Shown here piece after piece: positions 1 to 10,344 of a stretch of DNA of 64,000 nucleotides. The notes below the pieces were generated by a model. The model made no database searches. It was not told the origin of the DNA and worked only from the letters and a program-made list of their open reading frames with translations. Position 1 is the stretch's first letter. The number at the start of each line of letters is the position of its first letter. Both the position numbers and the translations under genes were made by a program. This stretch comes from Promethearchaeota archaeon (GTDB taxonomy: Archaea > Asgardarchaeota > Lokiarchaeia > Sigyniarchaeales > SOKP01): the NCBI GenBank assembly GCA_019058245.1, contig JAHPZJ010000030.1, positions 64,001-128,000 on the forward strand, written 5' to 3'.

Positions 1-1
1 C

Positions 2-991
2 CATTATTCAGATAAAATTCAAAAGAGGTATATTTTTATTTTTATTGGATTTCTTGGGATGTCTTTTATTTATTTTTTATTGCTATTTCTGAACCAAAAT
101 TTATTCATCCTAGTACTATTAATATTCATTTTTGGTTTTTTTATGGGATCATATAGCTTATTATTAACCCTTTTCGCTGAATTAGTAGAAGATGATAAGA
201 CTTTCATTTCTTACTTCAATGCATCAGTTGTTGCTGGTTGGTTTGTTGGAGCTCAATCTGGTGGTATTTTTATTGATATCTATGGAATTGAGAAGATATT
301 CTTGTTTGCTTTCCTAGTTTTTTTACCAAACTTAATTATAATGTTTTTTATAAAAGAAAAAAGATCATTGATTTTAGAAAGTTTTAATAGAGAAACAGAG
401 AAAAACTCAAATGATCTTGTTTTAAATAATAATCAAGGAGATATTTCAATTTCTAAATCAATTTATCCCGGTTTATTTTTCAGAAATTTTAGTCTCAAAT
501 CAATTTTGCCAGTATTGGTAATTATTATGGGGATTCATTTAAGTAGTGATACAGAAATTGGATTTTTGATTGGAATAAATTTTTTTTTACAATTCTTCCA
601 GATGTTATTAATTGGAAAGATATTAACTAATGATAATCTTAAATCTTTTATGATCATTGGCTATGCTTTAAGCACAATTACAATTTTTGGATATATAATC
701 TCAACTAATTTTTGGAGCTTTTTAGTTTGCCAATTTTTAGTTTCTTTTAGCTATTCTCTGCATTGGGCAGCAACAGTAACTTACATCTCTAAAAAAACTT
801 CACCCAAAAATAAAGGAAAATATATGGCTTTTGCGAATTCAAGTGTTTTCTCAGGAAGTTTTGCAGGTGGTATATTATTCAGCTTATTATTATCTGCTTT
901 TAATTCTAATTATTATATTGTTATGTATTTTATGATAATATTCCCCGCAATTTCCACTTTTATAATTCTCCTTAAATTCAAGCCTGACTAA
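2..991 (+). CDS. MFS transporter (5'-partial; frame open from window start)
   Basis: Frame is open upstream of the ATG at 59 (HYSDKIQKRYIFIFIGFLGM, an MFS motif A-like SDK..KR); many hydrophobic helices in two halves; PKNKGKYMA loop. Confidence 0.8.
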   Translation, partial: HYSDKIQKRYIFIFIGFLGMSFIYFLLLFLNQNLFILVLLIFIFGFFMGSYSLLLTLFAELVEDDKTFISYFNASVVAGWFVGAQSGGIFIDIYGIEKIFLFAFLVFLPNLIIMFFIKEKRSLILESFNRETEKNSNDLVLNNNQGDISISKSIYPGLFFRNFSLKSILPVLVIIMGIHLSSDTEIGFLIGINFFLQFFQMLLIGKILTNDNLKSFMIIGYALSTITIFGYIISTNFWSFLVCQFLVSFSYSLHWAATVTYISKKTSPKNKGKYMAFANSSVFSGSFAGGILFSLLLSAFNSNYYIVMYFMIIFPAISTFIILLKFKPD

Positions 992-996
992 AAAAT

Positions 997-2964
997 TCAG
1001 TTCCTATACCAAAAAGGAGAGAGCTTCTGGATTATTGCTTTAGGTTTATCAGGAATTAATTCTAATTGATTTCTTATCCAATCTGAAATCCATTTATATT
1101 TTTCTTTAAATCGACTGTCCATGAAAATTATTGCCCCTTTATCCGAGATCTTTCTAATAGGTCTTCCAGAAGCTTGATTAGCTCGTTGAACTGCGGGATA
1201 TAAATAAGCAAAATTCCATCCTTGTTTTTTAAATACCTTATCATAATAATCGATTTTTGCTTCAACTCTAGGAGTTGGTAGATGATATGGAAATCCGGCA
1301 ATTATCACAGAGTTCATTAAATTTCCCGGATAATCTTCTCCTTCTGAATTTCTGCCACCACATACTCCTAATAAAACAGCACCCCCATTTAAAGCCATAC
1401 TTTTAAAGTCGTCGACCAATACAGCATTTTCAGAAGCAGATAATCCAGGTTCTTCAACAAATAATTTTTTATTATTATTTTGTACTATAATTTCTAAACC
1501 GTGTTCTACAAGCGCATTTAAAATTCTATATGAAGCACAAAAAATTCCCACGTTTGCTGGGGTACACAGCAAAACTTCATTTATTTTTTCAATCATCTTT
1601 TTAAACATCATTGGTATTCTATTATTTCTTTTTGTGTCAACTCCTTCGATTATAAGAGCTTTAATATTTTTACTACTAAATGGTGAATCTGCTATAATAC
1701 CTTTATAACTCTTTCCACACTCATTTAATCCCATTAAATTATTAAATACATAAGGATTCACTGTACCAGAGAGATTCAAACAGGTGTATACTCTTTTCAA
1801 GAGAGGAATAGAAATTTCTCTTGGATCTAATGCTACTATTTCAAGAGATATTGATCTCTTTCCTTTTATCATTTTCAGATTATAGCAATAAAAATAATTA
1901 TCCAAAGTATAGGTATTCAACCATTTCATCCAAAATTCTGCCAAGGAACCAACATAGTCTCTTGAAATTTCGCCATTAGCGATTTTTTCTTCATGAATGG
2001 ATACACTATAATCAAGTAATTCTTCAATAAAGTTTTTAAATCCGTTTAAATCTTTAAATCCCAATTTTTTATAAATTTCACCTAATAGTTTTTCAGGCAC
2101 AATCGCTACTTCTTTAATTTTGAGACTCTTTTTTTTTTCATCTAATTGATCTAATAGAATTTTCACAAAACTCTGCATTAAGATAGGAGATCTATACATT
2201 TCTAGATCTTTTAAACTGACTCTTAATGAATATGGGGTAATTTTTTTTGAATTTACTTCTGTAGCAACATCAATTATATTATGACATTCATCCAATACTA
2301 TAATACAGTTTTGAAGCTCTTGTCCAATAAATTCTAAAAAAGAATCTCGAATAAATGGATTGAAAATCCATTGATAATTACATATAATTATATTCATCTT
2401 TTCAAGCAGGAATTTACTTAAGAAATAAGGGCAAAACTTCTTTTCTTTACAAAAATTTATCAAATCTTCTGCATCGACTGGCTTATTAAATAAGTCTGGT
2501 GCGATTGATATTGGATTTTCATTTTGTCCTTTCTTTTTTAACAAATTCAAAAAGTAGCTACAATTCCTATTTTTTCTTAAATCTCCACAAACAGACATAG
2601 CTTCACTGGGATTTAGCTTAAGAGATATCAATGTTTCATTTAGGCACATCTCATTTCTCCCTCTTATAGATAAAGCGTTGAGTTTGATTCCCAGATTCTC
2701 ATCAATTACCTTTTGTGAGATTTTTACTAATTCTTTTATAATTCTACGATTTTGAGAATGAGTTCGACACATATATATTATTTTTAAATCTTTTTCATAA
2801 GCTAAAGGTAATAATCCACATAAAGCAATTATTGTCTTTCCTGTTCCATTAGGAGCTAATAATAGAGAAATTTTTTTAGATCTAGAACTTATTTCAATTT
2901 GATTAGTAATGTTTTCTTGATTTTCTCTGAATCGCTCGTAGGGAAAAAATGATGAATAGTTTAT
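997..2964 (-). CDS. xpd: XPD/Rad3-family Fe-S DNA helicase; N-terminus extends to a probable ATA start at 2964
   Basis: The in-frame extension upstream of the ORF-track start encodes FFPYERFRENQ (Q motif) and APNGTGKT (Walker A). The body has Fe-S Cys residues, DECH, SGT, SEGEDY and QASGRPIR. Confidence 0.9.
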   Translation of the reverse strand: MNYSSFFPYERFRENQENITNQIEISSRSKKISLLLAPNGTGKTIIALCGLLPLAYEKDLKIIYMCRTHSQNRRIIKELVKISQKVIDENLGIKLNALSIRGRNEMCLNETLISLKLNPSEAMSVCGDLRKNRNCSYFLNLLKKKGQNENPISIAPDLFNKPVDAEDLINFCKEKKFCPYFLSKFLLEKMNIIICNYQWIFNPFIRDSFLEFIGQELQNCIIVLDECHNIIDVATEVNSKKITPYSLRVSLKDLEMYRSPILMQSFVKILLDQLDEKKKSLKIKEVAIVPEKLLGEIYKKLGFKDLNGFKNFIEELLDYSVSIHEEKIANGEISRDYVGSLAEFWMKWLNTYTLDNYFYCYNLKMIKGKRSISLEIVALDPREISIPLLKRVYTCLNLSGTVNPYVFNNLMGLNECGKSYKGIIADSPFSSKNIKALIIEGVDTKRNNRIPMMFKKMIEKINEVLLCTPANVGIFCASYRILNALVEHGLEIIVQNNNKKLFVEEPGLSASENAVLVDDFKSMALNGGAVLLGVCGGRNSEGEDYPGNLMNSVIIAGFPYHLPTPRVEAKIDYYDKVFKKQGWNFAYLYPAVQRANQASGRPIRKISDKGAIIFMDSRFKEKYKWISDWIRNQLELIPDKPKAIIQKLSPFWYRN

Positions 2965-3135
2965 CTTTAATCACCGAATTCTAATTTATGTATTTCATTC
3001 TATTTTAACCCTTATATTGCCATAGACTATTAAAATTTATTTATTCTCAAATAAACATAATTAAAATATTAAATAGAGTAGAAGTTTGCTTATTTTCTTG
3101 AAATAAATTTAAATCTATTATATATTTATATAGGT

Positions 3136-4572
3136 CTAATCATGTAGAATAGGTTTTCTAGCAGCAGTAACCGCGTCTAATCTTTTTATTGGCATATTAT
3201 GAGGTGCTTCTTTTAAAAGTTCAGGCTGAGTTCTAGCTTCCTCATAAATCTTATTCATTACTTCAATAAAATTATCTAAAGAATGCTTTGATTCCGTTTC
3301 AGTAGGTTCTATCATCATGGCACCTGGAACTATTAATGGAAAATAGATTGTTGGAGCATAAATTCCATAATCAAGGATACGTTTTGCTATATCTTCTGTT
3401 GTTATTTCGTTTGGTATTCCTTGATCTGATAGAATAAATTCGTGTTGACAAATTCGGTTGAAGGGGAGATTATATTTCTCCTTTAAAAGAACTCGTAAAT
3501 AGTTAGCGTTTAAAACAGCAATTTCTCCAACTTTTTTTAACCCCTCAGCACCTAATGCCAATATATAAGCATATGCTCTAATAATAACCCCGAAATTCCC
3601 CCAAAAAGCTTTTATCCGTCCAATAGATAAGTCATTATTATTATTACACATAATACCTTTTTCTGATGAAAACAAACAGGGTTTTGGGAGATAAGGTATT
3701 AATTCTTCAATCACCCCTATAGGTCCTGAACCAGGTCCACCTCCACCATGGGGAGTAGAAAATGTTTTATGCAAATTTAGATGAACAATATCAAATCCCA
3801 TATCTCGAGGACGACATATACCTAACATCGGATTTAAATTAGCCCCATCATAATAACATAAGCCCCCATATTGATGAACTAAACGAGTAATTTCCTTTAT
3901 CTGTCTGTCAAATATTCCTAAAGTATTAGGATTTGTAAGCATTATTCCAGCAACATCACCTTCTTTTAATGCAAATTCTAATTGATCTAATGGAACTTCT
4001 CCAAATTCATTTGATGTTAATTCTATGATTGAAAATCCTGCCATTTTTGCAGAAGCGGGATTGGTTCCATGAGCAGAGTCTGGAATAATTATTTTCTGCT
4101 TTTTAATCCTCTTATTTTCAAAAAATTTTTTAATTATTAATAATCCCACTAATTCTCCATGAGCCCCAGCTGCAGGTTGCAAAGTAAAACCATCCATCCC
4201 TGTTATTTCCCCTAATAATTCTGAAGTATGGTATAGTAATTCAAGACAACCTTGATTTTCTTCCTGTAATGGATGGATATTTATAAAATCTGATAATTTT
4301 GCTATGGTTTCATTTATTTTAGGATTATATTTCATTGTACAAGATCCTAATGGATAAATTCCAGTATCAACTCCATAATTTTTATTACTTAAATTAATGA
4401 AATGACGAACGATTTCGATTTCTGTAACATTAGGAATTGGCAAATCTTTTCTTTGTAAATTTTCAGGAATAATTTGATTTAAGTTAGTTTGTTCTATATC
4501 CATTTTGGGTACGAAGTTCATTTGTATAGTCTCATTTTCTTTATCAAAAATCGATTGAATATTAGAATTCAT
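3136..4572 (-). CDS. gcvPB: Glycine dehydrogenase (decarboxylating) subunit 2
   Basis: YPLGSCTMKYNP, SAHGTNPASA, HLNLHKTFSTPHGGGGPG (PLP Lys). Confidence 0.96.
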   Translation of the reverse strand: MNSNIQSIFDKENETIQMNFVPKMDIEQTNLNQIIPENLQRKDLPIPNVTEIEIVRHFINLSNKNYGVDTGIYPLGSCTMKYNPKINETIAKLSDFINIHPLQEENQGCLELLYHTSELLGEITGMDGFTLQPAAGAHGELVGLLIIKKFFENKRIKKQKIIIPDSAHGTNPASAKMAGFSIIELTSNEFGEVPLDQLEFALKEGDVAGIMLTNPNTLGIFDRQIKEITRLVHQYGGLCYYDGANLNPMLGICRPRDMGFDIVHLNLHKTFSTPHGGGGPGSGPIGVIEELIPYLPKPCLFSSEKGIMCNNNNDLSIGRIKAFWGNFGVIIRAYAYILALGAEGLKKVGEIAVLNANYLRVLLKEKYNLPFNRICQHEFILSDQGIPNEITTEDIAKRILDYGIYAPTIYFPLIVPGAMMIEPTETESKHSLDNFIEVMNKIYEEARTQPELLKEAPHNMPIKRLDAVTAARKPILHD

Positions 4573-5915
4573 TTTAGATTCTCCTCTTTTTTACTATTTA
4601 ACGCTGATCGCGCCAGTTCAAGAAATTTATCAATAGATTTTTTTGAGTTCATTTCAGTAACACAAACTAATGCAATATTTCCCATTTCAGGATAATATTT
4701 TGAGAGTTTTAGGGGGGGTTGAAGATTATTTTGTTTGCAAAAATTAATTAGAGCGTCAATATTAGGGCATTTTACGATAAACTCGTTATATGTAGGCTTT
4801 CTATTTAATATTTCATATCCCTTGATTTTACTTAATTCCTTTTTTAAATAATGAGCTTTTTGAAAATTTTGAATAGCAACCTCTCTTAATCCATTCCTTC
4901 CTAACGCTAAAAGATAAGTTAATGCTGCTAAAGAACATAACGCTTGATTGGTGCAAATATTAGAACTAGCTCTTTCCCTACGTATATGTTGTTCTCGCGC
5001 CTGTAATGTTAAAATAAATCCATAATTTTTACCATTAATTTCATTTGTTTTTCCAATTAATCTTCCTGGGATCTTTCTTAAAAATTTCTGTTTAGTAGTA
5101 AAAATTCCTAATCCTGGACCACCAAAAGAGGGATTTAAGCCAAAAGATTGTCCTTCTGCAACAAAAATATCTATATCTGTCGATCCAGGAGGGTTTAAAA
5201 CCCCTAAACAGGTTGGATCTGTCATAACTTGAATAACCAAACAATTAGGAGCTTTTTCCCTAACATTTTTAATTAATTTCGAAATATCTTCAATATCACC
5301 GAAAAAATTAGGACTTTGAAATAAAACTGCTGCTATTTCATTTTTTACTTTAGTATGTAAATCTTCTTCATCAGTACTTAGAATCCTGATATTTTGACCC
5401 CAGCAATAAGTTCTAACTACTTCTTCATATTCTGGGTGAATTCCTTTAAGTAAAATAACGGAGTTTTTACGTGTAATAATCGTTGACATAATAGCTGCTT
5501 CAGCAAGAGCAGTTGATCCATCATACATACTAGCATTAGAAACGTCCATCTGAGTGAGTTGAGAAATTATTGTCTGATATTCATACATAGCCTGTAAATA
5601 ACCTTGGCTAGCTTCAGCTTGATATGGTGTATATGAAGTGTAAAACTCAGATCTAGAGATTACAAAATCTATTAATGACGGGATATAATGATAATAACAT
5701 CCTGCTCCTAAAAAAGAACTTGAGTAATTTTTATTCTTTTGAGATATTTTCTTAATTTGAAATAGAAGATCTGGTTCGGATAAACCTGAAGGTAAATTAA
5801 GTTTATCAATAATTAAATCTTTAGGGATATCTTGAAAAAGTTCTTTTAAAGATTTTACACCAATTGCTTCCAACATTTCTTTTATCGTTTCTTTATCATG
5901 AGGAATAAAATCCAA
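4569..5915 (-). CDS. gcvPA: Glycine dehydrogenase (decarboxylating) subunit 1
   Basis: EFYTSYTPYQAEASQG, NASMYDG, REQHIRRERASSNICTNQAL; 4-nt overlap with gcvPB. Confidence 0.96.
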   Translation of the reverse strand: MDFIPHDKETIKEMLEAIGVKSLKELFQDIPKDLIIDKLNLPSGLSEPDLLFQIKKISQKNKNYSSSFLGAGCYYHYIPSLIDFVISRSEFYTSYTPYQAEASQGYLQAMYEYQTIISQLTQMDVSNASMYDGSTALAEAAIMSTIITRKNSVILLKGIHPEYEEVVRTYCWGQNIRILSTDEEDLHTKVKNEIAAVLFQSPNFFGDIEDISKLIKNVREKAPNCLVIQVMTDPTCLGVLNPPGSTDIDIFVAEGQSFGLNPSFGGPGLGIFTTKQKFLRKIPGRLIGKTNEINGKNYGFILTLQAREQHIRRERASSNICTNQALCSLAALTYLLALGRNGLREVAIQNFQKAHYLKKELSKIKGYEILNRKPTYNEFIVKCPNIDALINFCKQNNLQPPLKLSKYYPEMGNIALVCVTEMNSKKSIDKFLELARSALNSKKEENLK

Positions 5916-5976
5916 ATTATGTTCCCTCTTAAGATTTTATTACTAATTAATAACGACAATATTAAAGAAAATCTTA

Positions 5977-6381
5977 TTATTTTTCTTCGTTTTGGACAAA
6001 TTGTTTATATTTTTCAGCGGATAAAAGCTCATCTATTTCATTTGCATGAGAATACTCTATCTTTAGGACCCATCCATCTATAAATGGAGACAAATTTACA
6101 AGTTCAGGTTTATCTGTGAGATTTTTATTTACATCTATAATTTCTCCCGATAATGGCATTATTAAGTCACCAACTGCTTTTACTGATTCTAATTCTGCCG
6201 CGTTACTTCCCCTTTCGAATGCCATGCCTACTTCAGGAAGCTCTACGAATACAATATCACCTAATTGATGTTGTGCAAAATCAGTAATGCCAACTATTGC
6301 AAATGAATCTTCAATTCTTATCCATTCATGAGTTAAAGTATATTTTAAATCATTAGGAAATTTATATTCCATTTTTATCAC
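5977..6381 (-). CDS. gcvH: Glycine cleavage system H protein
   Basis: HEW, GITDFAQHQLGDIVFVELP, ESVKA lipoyl-Lys motif; start may be the second Met at 6372. Confidence 0.96.
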   Translation of the reverse strand: MIKMEYKFPNDLKYTLTHEWIRIEDSFAIVGITDFAQHQLGDIVFVELPEVGMAFERGSNAAELESVKAVGDLIMPLSGEIIDVNKNLTDKPELVNLSPFIDGWVLKIEYSHANEIDELLSAEKYKQFVQNEEK

Positions 6382-6396
6382 TATTTTAAGGTTCTA

Positions 6397-7482
6397 TCAT
6401 ACATTTCGGTAAAACGGAGTAGATACAATCTCTCCTTTCAAGAGTTTATCACGAATTTTAATTTTAAGTTTTGTTCCAATTTGACTATACTGGGTTTCAA
6501 TTAATGCTAAACCAATTGTTTTTTTAAGGGTAGGTGAATATCCTCCAGAGGTAACAAAACCAATTTGATTATTATTTTTATAGATTTTATATTTTTCTCT
6601 TATAATACCGCGATCAATCAAATTAAGACCAACTAAAGTTCTTTTTGTTCCTTCAGTTTTTTGTTTGATCAACACATCTTTCCCAATATAATCAATTCCT
6701 TTTTTTGGTTTTACTAGCCAACTAAATCCTGCTTCGATAGGTGTTATGGTATCACTTATTTCATGACCATATAAAGCATAACAAGCTTCTAATCTTAATG
6801 AATCTCTTGCTCCTAGGCCTGCTGGTTTTGCTCCTGTATTTAATAATTCATTCCATATTATATCTGCGAATTCATTTTTAAAAGAGATTTCAAATCCACG
6901 TTCACCTGTATATCCTGTTCTTGCTATAAAGACAGGACTATCTTTAATTGAACAATGAGTTGAATAAAATCTTTTAAGTTTTGAAAGATCAATATCTATA
7001 AGTGGTTGAAGATATTCATCTGCTTTTGGTCCTTGAAATGCTAATCGAGATCTTTTTAATGATAAGTTAGTTATTTTGATATCTAATTCTCCAATATGGC
7101 TGATTAACCATTGATAATCTTTTTCAATATTACTCGCATTTACAATCATTCTAAAATGTTCAGAGGTTTCCTCATAGTATACAAGATCATCTACAACCGC
7201 TCCATTTTCATAACACATACAGGAATATTGCCCTTTAGAGGGTTCTAATAAATTTAAATCGTTTATCATAACATATTGAAGAAATTTTATGACATCTTTT
7301 CCTTCGAGGATAAATTCACCCATATGCGAGATATCAAATATACCTGCATAAGAACGAACTGCCAAATGTTCTTTTATTATACTTTCATATTGAACTGGCA
7401 TATACCAACCCGCAAAATTAACCATCCGTGCACCAAGTTTTAAGTGAGTTTCATAGAATGCAGTTTTTTTAAGATTATTCAT
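6397..7482 (-). CDS. gcvT: Glycine cleavage system aminomethyltransferase T
   Basis: FAGWYMPVQY, FDISHMGE, ARTGYTGERGFE, GLGARDSLRLEA. Confidence 0.96.
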   Translation of the reverse strand: MNNLKKTAFYETHLKLGARMVNFAGWYMPVQYESIIKEHLAVRSYAGIFDISHMGEFILEGKDVIKFLQYVMINDLNLLEPSKGQYSCMCYENGAVVDDLVYYEETSEHFRMIVNASNIEKDYQWLISHIGELDIKITNLSLKRSRLAFQGPKADEYLQPLIDIDLSKLKRFYSTHCSIKDSPVFIARTGYTGERGFEISFKNEFADIIWNELLNTGAKPAGLGARDSLRLEACYALYGHEISDTITPIEAGFSWLVKPKKGIDYIGKDVLIKQKTEGTKRTLVGLNLIDRGIIREKYKIYKNNNQIGFVTSGGYSPTLKKTIGLALIETQYSQIGTKLKIKIRDKLLKGEIVSTPFYRNV

Positions 7483-7669
7483 CTAATCCCTCAATATTCC
7501 CACGCTTATTTACTTTTTTAATGTGTTGAGTTATATAGTGAGATAGAATCGTATGCTTAATTAAAATTTTTTGGCTTTTAGATAAGACCTAAAAGTTTAC
7601 ATTATTAATTTTAAGATATTAGACTCAAATCGTAAAAATTTATTTATTAAGTATGTTTTAATAAAAAAA

Positions 7670-8545
7670 ATGAATGAAAAAAATATTGAGAATCAATATT
7701 TGTCATTAAAAGACTTAATCTCTGAGAGTCTTATAAGAGATTTGATTTTATTCACTTTTCTTTTTATATTAATAATTACTCAATCATGGGAAAGTATATT
7801 ACTATTGTTATTTCCTCTTATAACATTTACATTTTCTTTTTTCTTTCGGATTATAAAAATTAATAAAAAGAGGACTAAATTTGAAAATGATCTAATTATT
7901 TATAATCCTTTAGGTTTGGAAGGAAAGAATGCAAATCGGTTATTTTTTTGTTCATTATTTCAACTAATTTTAATTTTTTGGATAGGTGCTGAGTCTTTAT
8001 ATAATCCACTTATAGTAAATAATTATATCTTATATTTTATTGGTTTATTTACTTTTTTTTATACATTTGGATTTTTTTGGATTTTTATTGATTTATGGAA
8101 GTACATCGGGATAAAAATCATTACAGATATGAATGTGGACAAGAATGATCTTCAGATTTCTGGAGATTTTAGAAATATTATTTCATTTATAAAACTAAAA
8201 AATTTTAAATTGATTTCGTTAACAACATTCGTGGTTTTTATATGTTTGAATATAATAAATTTGATAATATCTTTGCTTTTAAATAATAATCCTAATTTTG
8301 GTATGAAAATTTACCTTCCAGGTCTTCAATTAATAATAATTCCATATTTTTATTATGTTGTTCTTATAATTCCACCAGTTTTATCGATACTTCTTCTAAT
8401 TTTAAATTATAGAACTATTAATAATTTTAGTAGAGAAAAATTAGATAGAATTATTGCGCCATTACCTAAAAACTTGCAAGTAAAAATAATTGAAAACCTT
8501 AAAGCATTGAATAATAAAATTAAAAAACAATTAAATACGGAATAA
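7670..8545 (+). CDS. Hypothetical multi-pass membrane protein
   Basis: 291-aa ORF with about 6 hydrophobic segments; no recognised motif. Confidence 0.65.
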   Translation: MNEKNIENQYLSLKDLISESLIRDLILFTFLFILIITQSWESILLLLFPLITFTFSFFFRIIKINKKRTKFENDLIIYNPLGLEGKNANRLFFCSLFQLILIFWIGAESLYNPLIVNNYILYFIGLFTFFYTFGFFWIFIDLWKYIGIKIITDMNVDKNDLQISGDFRNIISFIKLKNFKLISLTTFVVFICLNIINLIISLLLNNNPNFGMKIYLPGLQLIIIPYFYYVVLIIPPVLSILLLILNYRTINNFSREKLDRIIAPLPKNLQVKIIENLKALNNKIKKQLNTE

Positions 8546-8611
8546 AAATTTATTAACATCATAACTTATATTATTATAATTAATATCTTCTAAAGATTTA
8601 GGTTCTGTATC

Positions 8612-9145
8612 ATGACTCTGAGAAAATTGCTCTTTAAGGTGGTTATTGTAGGAGATGGGGGCGTAGGAAAGAGTACTATGGTGCAGAGACTAACAACAGG
8701 AGAGTTTATACCACAAAAAATTACAATAGGAACGGACCTTGCTGTTGTAAACATAGAGATTGATAATGAAATTACAGTTAGTCTCCAGATCTGGGATTTT
8801 GCTGGAGAGAGGCGTTTTCGAATATTCTTACCTAATTACTCTCGAGGCGCTACGGGATGTTTACTTTGTTATGATATTACTAGACAAACTAGTTTTGAAA
8901 GTCTGGATGAGTGGTTTAATATTGTTAATGATAACGCTGAAAATCCTGTTTTTATCTTAGTTGGAGAAAAACTTGATTTAGCTGATATTAGGAGGAGTGT
9001 AGAGTATAGCCATGGTAAAGAATTCAAAAATCAATATGATTTAGATTACTTTTTTGAGACTTCCTCAAAAAGTGGTGAAAATAATATGATGATTTTTGAA
9101 ACCTTAACTCGTAAAATCCTTGAAAAACGTAAAGTGCTTGATTAA
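8612..9145 (+). CDS. Rab/Ras-like small GTPase
   Basis: GDGGVGKS (G1), TIG (G2), WDFAGE (G3), GEKLD (G4 variant), ETSSK (G5). Confidence 0.92.
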   Translation: MTLRKLLFKVVIVGDGGVGKSTMVQRLTTGEFIPQKITIGTDLAVVNIEIDNEITVSLQIWDFAGERRFRIFLPNYSRGATGCLLCYDITRQTSFESLDEWFNIVNDNAENPVFILVGEKLDLADIRRSVEYSHGKEFKNQYDLDYFFETSSKSGENNMMIFETLTRKILEKRKVLD

Positions 9146-9210
9146 AAATAATTCTGGTATTTTAATAGAAATATAATAAGGAAATAAAAATAATTTAAAA
9201 TATGTTAATT

Positions 9211-10155
9211 TTATTCTTCAAGAATGTCTTTTAGCTCATCTACGTTAAGCTTTAAATATTTAGCTGTTACTAAATCTTTACCTAGAAGATTTAGAAAGTT
9301 TTTCTTTCGTTTTTTATTTAAGAACTTTTTCATCTCAGATAAATCTGGATTAGGATCGGTAATTTCAATCAACTTCTTTTTTACTGCTGTATCTACTAAT
9401 TTTTGTCCAATATCAGTTCTAATAATTAAAAATGACTCTCCTGAACCTTTTGGAGCTCCCCAAGGAGAGTAGGAAATATCTGAAAATTCTCCTGAAAAAT
9501 CTGTGCAGTATTTGCAGCCTGTCATTCCACCAGAAGAGCAAGCAAAAGCTATTTTTAGCGATGTACGTTCTGCTCCAGTATTAAAGTCAGAGACTAAAAT
9601 TTTGGCAAGTCCTTGTAAATGACATGGATTAGCAATAATCCCAATATCCCGCTTGTAATCCTTATAAGCTTGACCAATTCCGGTAATTAAAGGGCCAGCA
9701 TTATCCATTGTAGCATTTGGTATGTATTTTTTAGCATCCTTAGCATTATCAACTACAATAGGAAACGCAACGGGTGGTTTTTTACTTTTTGGCTCACTCA
9801 AAACCATGTGTTTCACGATGCCAGCATCAAAAGCCGCAGCAACTAAATTATATAGAATTGGGTCTTTATTTTTTGATTTTACTTGAATTATATCATTATA
9901 AACTCCAACAGCTAGATCTACACGGGTTTTTCCAAATAGTTTCAGTTCAATTTCCGATATAGGAAGAAATGATCGTGGACAAGAGTTGTAACAGAGACCT
10001 ACAGTCTCAGCACATTCATCTACTACATAAGCCTCCCCACTTTCCTTATTAAAGTCCATATGTGGACAAAAGGCATTACAAGTTCCACAGTGAATACATA
10101 ATCCTGCATAGATCACTTCATTTTCGAGATCTTGACTCGATTTTTCAATTTTCAT
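9211..10155 (-). CDS. FrhB/FdhB-family (F420 hydrogenase beta subunit-like) Fe-S protein with N-terminal ferredoxin
   Basis: CIHCGTCNAFCP and C...GLCYNSCPR ferredoxin; PCHLQG; CKYCTDFSGEFSDIS; IIRTDIG. Confidence 0.8.
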   Translation of the reverse strand: MKIEKSSQDLENEVIYAGLCIHCGTCNAFCPHMDFNKESGEAYVVDECAETVGLCYNSCPRSFLPISEIELKLFGKTRVDLAVGVYNDIIQVKSKNKDPILYNLVAAAFDAGIVKHMVLSEPKSKKPPVAFPIVVDNAKDAKKYIPNATMDNAGPLITGIGQAYKDYKRDIGIIANPCHLQGLAKILVSDFNTGAERTSLKIAFACSSGGMTGCKYCTDFSGEFSDISYSPWGAPKGSGESFLIIRTDIGQKLVDTAVKKKLIEITDPNPDLSEMKKFLNKKRKKNFLNLLGKDLVTAKYLKLNVDELKDILEE

Positions 10156-10344
10156 TTGTTTTAACCATGTTCGTTATTTTTTGATTGTGTGAAATTTCAC
10201 ACTAAGTAAAATCCAGCACTAATAAAAAGGTTTTTTATCAACTATTAAAAATTAAAATTCCTTTTTTTTAGGTTTCAATTAATTGAGTTTGTAATATTCA
10301 TATCAAAAAGAAACTAAAAACGAAAAAGAAAAACACTTTTTAAA

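Noticed and set aside
7483-7669. Possible glycine riboswitch or Gly-codon leader upstream of gcvT
   Set aside because: No recognisable aptamer consensus or Gly-run uORF; the region is short and AT-rich
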